Shown one piece after another: positions 18,935-26,205 of a DNA stretch of 43,534 nt. The stretch's first letter is position 1, and each line of letters starts with the position of its first letter. The translations under genes and the position numbers were made by a program. This DNA comes from a virus (lineage: Duplodnaviria; Caudoviricetes): positions 1 to 43,534 of IMG/VR virus record IMGVR_UViG_3300032277_000012; one strand, written 5' to 3'. A model generated the notes under the pieces. It worked only from the letters and a program-made list of their open reading frames with translations. It was not told where the DNA came from and did not search any database.

Positions 18935-19162
18935 GTGATCGTGAGCGCAACCGTCGCAAAACTGGCCAAGGCAGCTCGCGCACTGGCCTAGGAACTCAAA
19001 GAAGTCGCAACGTTGGCAGCGGGATTTGCCGGGGCCGGTGGCCGGTGGGCACCAACACCCCTCCGCGTGGTCTTCGCGGCATTCCTCGCAATATTCACCG
19101 GGGCAGCTCTGGCAGCCTTCGACGGTGTCCGACTCTTCTCGGCATTTGTCACATTCACTCAT
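18917..19162 (-). CDS. Tandem Cys/His-rich zinc-finger protein
   Basis: 81 aa, 15 Cys; two units of CxxC-x8/9-CxxC-x4-CxxC-x3-H-x2/3-C. Confidence 0.7.
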   Translation of the reverse strand: MSECDKCREESDTVEGCQSCPGEYCEECREDHAEGCWCPPATGPGKSRCQRCDFFEFLGQCASCLGQFCDGCAHDHPDCHF

Positions 19163-19497
19163 TATCTATAACCTTCTTGCTTGAGGCGGCGGTAGTAAGC
19201 GCGAGCCTTCTTTTTGGTGAGGGCACAAGTATTGGGCCGGTGATTGACTTGGGGGAAGTTGGACGCGGTGGACATTGTGACTTCGACGGTGTCCAGGGCC
19301 AGGACTTCAAAGCGGGCTTCCGATAATGTCCTGACGAGCATGACCCCTTCTTGGTGGACGGTTCGGCGCTTGAGCTTGTAGGACCTGCCAACCGTAGGGT
19401 CAATGCGAACGGTGAGCGCTCCAATTTGCCGAGCCAGGGCCCGGTTGTCGGGCTCCATTTCAAGGCGTCGTTTGAGCTGGTTTAGTCTGTTCAGCAT
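19162..19497 (-). CDS. Hypothetical protein, shared-leader paralogue 1
   Basis: Starts MLNRLNQLKRRLEMEPDN; AGGA RBS. Confidence 0.7.
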   Translation of the reverse strand: MLNRLNQLKRRLEMEPDNRALARQIGALTVRIDPTVGRSYKLKRRTVHQEGVMLVRTLSEARFEVLALDTVEVTMSTASNFPQVNHRPNTCALTKKKARAYYRRLKQEGYR

Positions 19498-19937
19498 GGT
19501 TTTTCCTAACTAAATTTGCGGTGGCATACGAGCCGGTTACCGACGTTTCTCCATACTCTTTGGCCTTTGGAGGCGGCCGTCATATGCTCCGCTATAAGCT
19601 GAGTGGTCCAGGGTCCGTTTGGATCCTCGGAATAAAAAAGGCCGGACTGAAATCGAAAGTTTGTTTCAGTCCCAAGGCCACGGGCGTCCCTCTCCCAAGG
19701 TGTCTCGTGGGACTGCCTAAAGCCCCTTGCGTGCGCATTAGTAAATCGGCGCTTTGAAAACTCCTCTTCCCAATGCCAGACGCTTAGATTGTTTGGACCT
19801 ACACCGTGACGGACACCAACAACGAGCTTCTCTGAGATTCCAAGGCGAACGTTTATATTCGCCACTTTAGCCCTTAGAAGCCAGTTGTCGGGGTCCATTT
19901 CAAGGCGGCGCTTCAGCTGGTTTAGTCTGTTCAACAT
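19441..19937. repeat. 57-bp direct repeat (19441-19497 and 19881-19937) encoding a shared N-terminal leader
   Basis: 51/57 identical by manual alignment, 440 bp apart. Confidence 0.92.
19506..19937 (-). CDS. Hypothetical protein, shared-leader paralogue 2
   Basis: Starts MLNRLNQLKRRLEMDPDN. Confidence 0.7.
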   Translation of the reverse strand: MLNRLNQLKRRLEMDPDNWLLRAKVANINVRLGISEKLVVGVRHGVGPNNLSVWHWEEEFSKRRFTNAHARGFRQSHETPWERDARGLGTETNFRFQSGLFYSEDPNGPWTTQLIAEHMTAASKGQRVWRNVGNRLVCHRKFS

Positions 19938-20203
19938 GATTTGGCCCTCAAGACTTTCAAGTATTGGCGAAATTGGCGGAGTGAGTGGAGGCCCTCAACG
20001 TCGCCACCGAGCGCTTCAATTTCAGCAAGGAGCTGGCTTCGGTCGAGCGTGTTCAAGTCCTTGTTTTGGAGCTTTGAGAAAGCCACGACGTCCTTTGCCA
20101 TTTGGGCCCTAGTATTGGCCTTGTCAAGTTCGTGAGCTTTCTGGAGTTGGCGGCCGAAGTCGTCTGCCATTTGTGCAATTGAGGCTTCAAGTCTTTTCAA
20201 CAT
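19931..20203 (-). CDS. Hypothetical helical protein
   Basis: GGAGAGGA RBS; overlaps neighbours by 7 nt. Confidence 0.6.
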   Translation of the reverse strand: MLKRLEASIAQMADDFGRQLQKAHELDKANTRAQMAKDVVAFSKLQNKDLNTLDRSQLLAEIEALGGDVEGLHSLRQFRQYLKVLRAKSC

Positions 20204-20520
20204 GGGTAATCCTCTCCAATTTGAGCTGAGGGAGTTATATAAACGAAGCGTTCCATTGGAATGACCCGGTCACAGTACCAAACGCCTTTCGCGTGGCGGC
20301 GTAGCCAGGAGCGGGGCACTTCAATTTCAATGGTAACGTGATCGTGAATCGTCCGGCCCTTGGCGCGCTTCTTACCAAGGGTGTGAGCTATTGCCCAAGA
20401 CTCGTTTGCGACGGTGACGGCCCAAACAGCGCGGCGCTTGCCAGTGGCGTATTTGGGGTCCAGACCGTTCTCACAGATCGAGTCGAGGTTTTTTTTGTCA
20501 GCTACGTGGACGAGTCTCAT
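20197..20520 (-). CDS. Stand-alone ADP-ribosyltransferase-fold protein (KptA/Tpt1 NAD-binding-domain-like)
   Basis: LVHVADKKNLDSICENGL...AVWA...IEIEV...GVWYCDRVIP matches the ART/KptA H-x5-N-x2-SI-x3-GL and GVW..D.VP signatures. Confidence 0.7.
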   Translation of the reverse strand: MRLVHVADKKNLDSICENGLDPKYATGKRRAVWAVTVANESWAIAHTLGKKRAKGRTIHDHVTIEIEVPRSWLRRHAKGVWYCDRVIPMERFVYITPSAQIGEDYPC

Positions 20521-20557
20521 TTGCTTCTCACTTCGTTATAATCTTGCTACACCACCA

Positions 20558-20642
20558 ACTATACCTTCCCCCCACTAAATTACAAGGCCGTCTTTGAAAT
20601 AAAAAGGAGCTTACTTTCTGAGCCAGTGTTTATACCGGTTCA
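20558..20642 (-). promoter_or_regulatory. Leftward sigma70-type promoter module, copy B
   Basis: TTGTAA(20580-20585)-16 bp-TATAGT(20558-20563), CAAAGAC box and 24-bp element as in copy A. Confidence 0.7.
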
Positions 20643-20659
20643 AAAGGGGCTCCCTTTTT
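20642..20659. terminator. Short possible bidirectional terminator
   Basis: AAAAGGG-GCT-CCCTTTTT just after the stop of 21118-20666. Confidence 0.4.
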
Positions 20660-20665
20660 ATAAAT

Positions 20666-21118
20666 CTAAGCTTGGATTGTTTTCTTTTCGTCCACTACGG
20701 GCTGAAGCTTTTTCCAATTGATCGTTATAATACGACCCGCATATTCCCTGTTTCCCCTACTCCACTTGATCCAGCCGCGAGTTGACATTTCTTTTATTAT
20801 CTCCATGACCCTGAAGTGGTCCAGGTTGGCGGCCGTGGCCAAGACTTCCAAATCTTTTGGAAATTCGCATGAGCTCATGCTTTCTATTTTGTCCGCGAGG
20901 TCCAGGCCACCACGGAGGAGGAGCTTGTCATTTGCCTCCCCGGATCGTCGGCTGTGGCCTCGGCCCTCTCCTGTTGAGTTCTTGCCCACAGCTCCAAGCC
21001 ACGGGTTTCTTTTTAACTTGGCGTAGCGGTTGAGTATTACGGCGGGGAGCTTTTCCCCGAACGACTCAAACCACCACGCCTTGAATTCTTCCTTGGTCTT
21101 CACGGTTGTTCTCCTCAA
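20666..21118 (-). CDS. Putative winged-helix DNA-binding protein (start uncertain)
   Basis: C-terminal LATAANLDHFRVMEIIKEMSTRGWIKW resembles a wHTH. Confidence 0.5.
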   Translation of the reverse strand: MRRTTVKTKEEFKAWWFESFGEKLPAVILNRYAKLKRNPWLGAVGKNSTGEGRGHSRRSGEANDKLLLRGGLDLADKIESMSSCEFPKDLEVLATAANLDHFRVMEIIKEMSTRGWIKWSRGNREYAGRIITINWKKLQPVVDEKKTIQA

Positions 21119-21311
21119 AGCAAATTGCGCGGTATGAAAGGTCTAGTTGGTCGGATTGGTCCAGGTGAGCCCAGGACCAATAGCATTCTGGGTTGCGCCA
21201 ATAGCGGCGGTTGATCGCGCATTGGCTGAGGGCTACGGCTCGGTCTTCAAGTTTGCGGCCCAGGCGCAAGGCCCCCACGGTGGAGACCATGGAAACCAAG
21301 TCCTTGGCCAC
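21066..21311 (-). CDS. Hypothetical protein (start uncertain)
   Basis: Fills the gap in the leftward operon; GTG 21311 follows the upstream stop. Confidence 0.4.
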   Translation of the reverse strand: MAKDLVSMVSTVGALRLGRKLEDRAVALSQCAINRRYWRNPECYWSWAHLDQSDQLDLSYRAICFEENNREDQGRIQGVVV

Positions 21312-21315
21312 CTCT

Positions 21316-21609
21316 TCAAGCCCCGCTTTCGGCTTTGGGAGAACCACCACCACCCCCAAGCATGTCCTTGAAGGCCAACATTTGCTCCTCATTCATGTGG
21401 AGGCGGACAACTTCAGAGTCTTCCTGCATGGCCCTAATCGCCTTGGTCTGTTTCTCCACCAAGACCGCGAGCATGCGAATTGTGGCGGCCATAGCGTTTT
21501 CGGCGCTGGTTCCGAATTCAATACAGTTGAGGTTTCCCCGGACAATGGTGTTCGACTTGTAGAGGTTGAACCCTACCAACTCCGCCACCCGGCGCGTTTC
21601 TTCTTTCAT
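21316..21609 (-). CDS. Hypothetical protein
   Basis: GGAG RBS before ATG 21609 (MKEETRRVAEL...). Confidence 0.6.
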   Translation of the reverse strand: MKEETRRVAELVGFNLYKSNTIVRGNLNCIEFGTSAENAMAATIRMLAVLVEKQTKAIRAMQEDSEVVRLHMNEEQMLAFKDMLGGGGGSPKAESGA

Positions 21610-21618
21610 GGTGTCTCC

Positions 21619-21636
21619 AAGGGCCCGGAGGCCCTT
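21619..21636 (-). promoter_or_regulatory. Intercistronic cUCCGg tetraloop hairpin, copy 2
   Basis: AAGGGCC-TCCG-GGCCCTT immediately after the ERF stop codon. Confidence 0.55.
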
Positions 21637-21637
21637 T

Positions 21638-23305
21638 TCATTTGGTGCAAAGGTGAGTAGCCAGGAGGTCAATCGTCTCCACATTACAGCGCTTTAGCGC
21701 GGAGCTGGCCTTGCGAACCCGTCCAAAGTCGGGCTCTATCTTTATCTCGCGAAACCACTTTTTGAGGTGGTCAACGTGGAGACTCTCGTCATACTTCGCC
21801 AGCTCCTCCAAAACTATCTCCTCAGAGGTGGGAGGTGGAGGAGCTGGCCGCGCTTCCTTTTCGCAAAGGTTGCAAATTGTGGAGTCCTCGCCAAAGGTTC
21901 CATTCTCAAACGGAACGTAAGGATCAACCCCGCAGTTTTTGCAGCTGGTCTCGGTTGGTTTAGCGCAACGCTTGCGGCGGGCTGTGGTGAGCTTCTCAAT
22001 GGCCTCGTCCAGCTCTTTAACGTTGTGGGTGGAGTGGTTGGGCGGACTTGGCAAATTCCACTCAGAACACTCCTTGCCAGTGGGGATCATGTCCGTGTAA
22101 CGTTCAAAGAGCCTTTCTTTGGTGAGGAAGAAAGCCATCTTCACCACGGCGAACTTCCAGCCAGTGACCGGCTTGCCTTCCTCTTTTAGCTTTTTGGCAA
22201 CGGCCACGGCGCGGCGTTGCCACTGGGCACAGTCTTTGGCGAGCTTGCCTATCTCCGGGCCACGGACGGCCAAGTCTTCCCCGGTGAGAACGTAGGTCTC
22301 GGGTTGAACCGTGTTCTCTTCGGTCTCAAGGGCTTTCTTCATATAGGTCTGCTCATAGTCCGGGGATCTAAGCTCAAAGCAAGTATTGCAATAGGGCTTT
22401 TCAACGTCGGACTTAGTGAGAACCCGGCCGCACTCCCCGCATGTCTCGTGGAATTTGCCGTCTTGCCCAAGGCGGACCTTCGCCATTCTAAATCCCGGTG
22501 TATCTTCAAGGTCTAATTCGTCTTCCTCTCTAAACTCCGGCTCTTGCTCCACGTCGGGCAGGACAGCGGCGGCCTCCATTGGAGCGCGGCGGGCTTCCTC
22601 GCGCTGGGATCGCTTATCAACGTCGTTTGGCCGGGGACGGGGGCGGCCTTCGTTGCGGTATTTGTCTCTGCTACCGGCGCAGGTTCCAGAGTGAAAAGAC
22701 CCGTCTGGATTGACCGCTGCAGATCGGCCGTTTGCGGTTCTCCAAATCACTTGGGAGTAGCACTTCTTGCACTTCGCCACGTTGCCCACCACGGGGCCCC
22801 GATTACCTTCGACTTGGTTGGCCGCGTCGTTGGCCGTCTTCCCATTGGTCGAACTCCTCTCTTTGGGTTGACTCTGGCCTTGAGGCTTTTTTCTGGGTTC
22901 CGAAGCCTCGCGTCTTGAGGCCCGTTCGGCGTCGTCGTCTAGTTGGGGGAGCCCAACAAAGGCGGCCAGGGAGTAACGTCGGGCGTAGGAAATAGCAGAG
23001 CCCACGGCTTGAGGGCCAGCCTTGAGTGGCTTAATGCCAAGGGAGTCTCGGATCCACTCCCCGGAGTTGTGCATGAGCTGGGTTGTGACCACGGGCGTCC
23101 CCGATTCGGTGGTACCTACGGTTTGGAGAAAGGACAGCCCCTCTTTACAGAGGTGGGGCTTGATCGCATTAATGACGCTGGTGAGGTCAGCAAACTTGCT
23201 TCTGTAGTGAGGGTTTTTTGCGTTCATGTGAGCGCCACGCATTTCCTCTTGAGCTTTGCAAAGGGCACCGGCCAACTTTGCAATGGTTTCGGACTGTTCA
23301 ATCAT
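21638..23305 (-). CDS. erf: ERF-family single-strand annealing protein with long C-terminal extension carrying zinc ribbons
   Basis: ALCKAQEEM...NPHYRSKFADL...LMHNSGEW...PQAVGSAISYARRYSLAAFVGL...DDDA are ERF motifs; several CxxC pairs downstream. Confidence 0.9.
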   Translation of the reverse strand: MIEQSETIAKLAGALCKAQEEMRGAHMNAKNPHYRSKFADLTSVINAIKPHLCKEGLSFLQTVGTTESGTPVVTTQLMHNSGEWIRDSLGIKPLKAGPQAVGSAISYARRYSLAAFVGLPQLDDDAERASRREASEPRKKPQGQSQPKERSSTNGKTANDAANQVEGNRGPVVGNVAKCKKCYSQVIWRTANGRSAAVNPDGSFHSGTCAGSRDKYRNEGRPRPRPNDVDKRSQREEARRAPMEAAAVLPDVEQEPEFREEDELDLEDTPGFRMAKVRLGQDGKFHETCGECGRVLTKSDVEKPYCNTCFELRSPDYEQTYMKKALETEENTVQPETYVLTGEDLAVRGPEIGKLAKDCAQWQRRAVAVAKKLKEEGKPVTGWKFAVVKMAFFLTKERLFERYTDMIPTGKECSEWNLPSPPNHSTHNVKELDEAIEKLTTARRKRCAKPTETSCKNCGVDPYVPFENGTFGEDSTICNLCEKEARPAPPPPTSEEIVLEELAKYDESLHVDHLKKWFREIKIEPDFGRVRKASSALKRCNVETIDLLATHLCTK

Positions 23306-23357
23306 GAGGGAACCTTTTTCTTTTAAGTTTGTCTCGAAAGGTAAAAACAGTTCTGTT

Positions 23358-23385
23358 ATTATAAGCCCGTCGCGCTAAAAAGAAA
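23358..23385 (-). promoter_or_regulatory. Leftward promoter for the erf operon
   Basis: TATAAT (23358-23363) with GACGGG spacer similar to promoter copy A; weak -35. Confidence 0.5.
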
Positions 23386-23431
23386 GACAAAACTTTCGAG
23401 TTTACAAACAAAGTTAAAAGGGAGTCTGGTC

Positions 23432-23656
23432 ATGACCAAGAACGTTATTAATAAAGAGGAACTTGTTGATTCACTAGGTCGCAAGAAGCGCCCCAAGAGC
23501 AAGATTCCTTACTCAATCTCAATGCCGATTGCCTTGGCCGAGCGGCTTAAGAAGGTGAGCAAGCAAATGAAGGCCAAGAACAACTCAACGTTGATTGTTC
23601 TCGCGGTTGAGAAGTTTGTGAGTGACTACGAGGGCCAGGACGGCCGGGGCTCCTGA
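23432..23656 (+). CDS. Ribbon-helix-helix (CopG/Arc/MetJ-like) transcriptional regulator
   Basis: YSISMPIALAERLKKVSKQMKAKNNSTLIVLAVEKFV fits the RHH pattern; divergent from erf. Confidence 0.8.
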   Translation: MTKNVINKEELVDSLGRKKRPKSKIPYSISMPIALAERLKKVSKQMKAKNNSTLIVLAVEKFVSDYEGQDGRGS

Positions 23657-23659
23657 ACG

Positions 23660-24070
23660 AGAAAAAGGCCCCCAGTGAGAGAGGCCCATTTCAACGTTTG
23701 GATTTGGTGTCGGGCGTGAAGCCAAATCCAGGTGAGAAGAAAAGACTACCAGAAAAAGCGGGCCATAGTGAGAAAAAGATCACAGTGTTTGGAGAAAGAC
23801 TTGGGAAAGGTGAAAGTTTTTGTAGGTGGGGTGGTGGGCAGCGCTCACGTCTTTAAAAAGAAAAGAGGGCGCAAGCCCGTCGCGACAAAAGAAAAAGGGA
23901 AACAAATCCCCTACTCCTCCCCCCTACCAAATCCCTCGTTTGCGGTGTTAAGCGTGAGTAAATTAGTCGCCCCCCCTCGCTCGCTCCGCTCCGCTCCCCC
24001 CCAACTAGCCAGATTTTGAAAGACCTTGTCAACCCCTAAATTACAATTTTATACAAAGAAAGTGAGTTCT
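23660..24070. other. Structured, probably non-coding region; candidate replication origin or regulatory RNA
   Basis: Hairpin 23699-23730, GAGAA/AAAGAC purine repeats, C7-(CGCT-type repeats)-C7 at 23970-24002, AT-rich end. Confidence 0.4.
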
Positions 24071-24075
24071 GAAAT

Positions 24076-24738
24076 ATGAGAAGACCAACCGGGGCTGAAT
24101 TAGCCCAAGCCGCAGACCACGCCCTTTCTCTCAAGGACGATGTAAGAGACCCCGTTGCCCTCGGGGCAACAATACGAAAGTGGCTGGCCAAAAAAGAGAA
24201 CTGGGGAGCCTGTTTTGAATATCTCAAACTAGCCAGACAAAAAGAGTTTGCAATTGAGCGAGACCGCGAGCGGAACAAGGATTACCGGGACTCTGAGGGC
24301 CGTCCTATCTCGCGAGCTGAGGCAGCCCGGCGCGACGTTGAGGGCTACTTAAAAGCCGAGGGGCTCCAATTTGACCCCGTTGAGTGGCTCAAACAAGTCA
24401 AGCCAAAGCTCTACAACCCAGCCATGGAAGCCAACGTTATCTCAAGGGCTCTTAGTGAGGCTAGGGAGGAAGTTGGCTTCAAGCTCAGAAACCTCAAGGA
24501 GAGCCAGCGGCGTGAAGCTGGGGAGGTTTACAACGCCTTCGGCGGAGCTATAACGCTACAACACACCCACGAGGCTACGCCTTTTTGGGAGCGCTCCTTA
24601 GTAAACTATGAATTTAGGAATGAGCTTGCTTACGTTGTCTCATGTATACTCAAGGGCAATTCGTATTTGCTCAAGAATAGAAGACGGGCGCGAAGCGAGA
24701 CTCTAGCGAATGAGGAGCTTGCTCTCAACCCGGCGTAG
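24076..24738 (+). CDS. Hypothetical protein, possibly replication-related
   Basis: 220 aa; N-terminal AADHAL....VRDPVALGATIRKW loosely resembles DnaD-type motifs. Confidence 0.55.
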   Translation: MRRPTGAELAQAADHALSLKDDVRDPVALGATIRKWLAKKENWGACFEYLKLARQKEFAIERDRERNKDYRDSEGRPISRAEAARRDVEGYLKAEGLQFDPVEWLKQVKPKLYNPAMEANVISRALSEAREEVGFKLRNLKESQRREAGEVYNAFGGAITLQHTHEATPFWERSLVNYEFRNELAYVVSCILKGNSYLLKNRRRARSETLANEELALNPA

Positions 24739-24747
24739 AGGGTTCAA

Positions 24748-25158
24748 ATGTCAACACAAGTCCAAAAGCGGTATGAGCTCTATCGGACCTTGAAAACTTC
24801 GACAACGGAAGCGGTGGACGAGGCGACATGGGCGGCGGCCGTGGGGGACGGTTTGAAGTGCGTTGGCATGGATCAAATCTTCGCTCAGCCCTTCTTTGCC
24901 GCGTCCGGTGAAACCATTGTTTTCGAGCCCCATTGGTACAACGAGGAAGATTCCCTACTGACAATCGGCGCGCCAGTCTCTTTCACTTCACTGGCCACAA
25001 GCTCAGACGAGCGCTCTATAGAGGACGGTGAAGTGGCGGCGGCGGTCTTTCCAGCTCCCTACGATTACTTTATCAACCCAGGCGCTCACTTCCTGAGGGT
25101 CAAGGCTACCACCTTACCAGCTGGAAACGTTGGCCTATTTATTGGATCGAGGCCGTGA
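24748..25158 (+). CDS. Small beta-sandwich protein, possible fibre/spike base
   Basis: Acidic 136 aa, ends FLRVKATT...VGLFIG; first gene of the fibre cluster. Confidence 0.5.
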   Translation: MSTQVQKRYELYRTLKTSTTEAVDEATWAAAVGDGLKCVGMDQIFAQPFFAASGETIVFEPHWYNEEDSLLTIGAPVSFTSLATSSDERSIEDGEVAAAVFPAPYDYFINPGAHFLRVKATTLPAGNVGLFIGSRP

Positions 25159-25971
25159 ATGCTAAGCGTAGGCTTTATCATTGGTCTCATAGATGCGCGA
25201 CTTCGCCACTGGGGACTAATCGGGGCGACGACCCCGAACGACACAACCGAGGCGATTGAGGCATTCGACCCGCCGCTGTGGATCTTGGACATGCAAGGCG
25301 CAGGTCCCGGCATGGCTAACTCAATGGGGGACGCGGACCTTGACGCGGCGGCAGTCGGCACGTTGACCTATCAGCAAGAGGCGACTCTCCAGGAATTCCA
25401 AGTGGACGCGGAGGGGACCGGCTATCTCGAAATCGCAGCCGACGCAAAGCTACCCGACGAGAATACCAATTGGTCGGTTGTTGGGTTCTTCACCGTCCAG
25501 GGCGCGCCGGTCTACGGAGCTGACGGTCAGCCCCTCTTTTGCATTACCGAGAAGAACTCGACCAATTGGATTGCTGTTATTCTCACGAGCAAAACCAATC
25601 TACAGATAATCGGACGATTGCGAAGCTCCGGCGGTTCGGCGTGGGCTAACTACACGATTCCCGATATTGAGGACACCAACCCCCACTGTATCGGGGTCAC
25701 CTATGAAGAGACTGGCTCAGAGGTGGGAACCTATCGCGTCTACTTTGACGAAGACGAAGTCATGAGCGTGAGCAAGTCTTCAATGCCTATCGACGGAGCT
25801 TCAACAATCGTTGGCGGTTATTACAACAACGCGTTGCGTGAATACGGAGACATTGCATACGGACGATACACCTTCTATTACGACAAGGTCTTGGACGGCC
25901 AAGCAATGATCGACTATGCCAACGTTGTCGACGGCGTCGTAACTGGCCGCTTTCCAAACCTACCAAGCTAA
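25159..25971 (+). CDS. LamG/concanavalin-A-like lectin-domain fibre protein
   Basis: WSVVGFF...PHCIGVTY...YRVYFDE...IVGG...FYYDKVL is a LamG_3 pattern. Confidence 0.75.
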   Translation: MLSVGFIIGLIDARLRHWGLIGATTPNDTTEAIEAFDPPLWILDMQGAGPGMANSMGDADLDAAAVGTLTYQQEATLQEFQVDAEGTGYLEIAADAKLPDENTNWSVVGFFTVQGAPVYGADGQPLFCITEKNSTNWIAVILTSKTNLQIIGRLRSSGGSAWANYTIPDIEDTNPHCIGVTYEETGSEVGTYRVYFDEDEVMSVSKSSMPIDGASTIVGGYYNNALREYGDIAYGRYTFYYDKVLDGQAMIDYANVVDGVVTGRFPNLPS

Positions 25972-25980
25972 GGGGGCGAC

Positions 25981-26205
25981 ATGCCTTACTCAGACAAATA
26001 CTTTCAAAAGAAGGCCATGGCAGTCCTTGAGGAAGCTAAGCCAAAGCCCCCCATGCATCCTCTACCAGAGGACTACGAGGACGGCAAGGAGGACGCGGAT
26101 TACAAGACGGATTACGCGGCCTATCTTGTCGAGGTGGACGCCCATTGTGAGGCTCACTGCAAATGGCTTGACGACTGCAATGCGACGAAGGCCGGGGTGA
26201 AATGA
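25981..26205 (+). CDS. Small acidic protein, possible fibre assembly chaperone
   Basis: Lies between two fibre-like genes; GGGGG RBS. Confidence 0.5.
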   Translation: MPYSDKYFQKKAMAVLEEAKPKPPMHPLPEDYEDGKEDADYKTDYAAYLVEVDAHCEAHCKWLDDCNATKAGVK

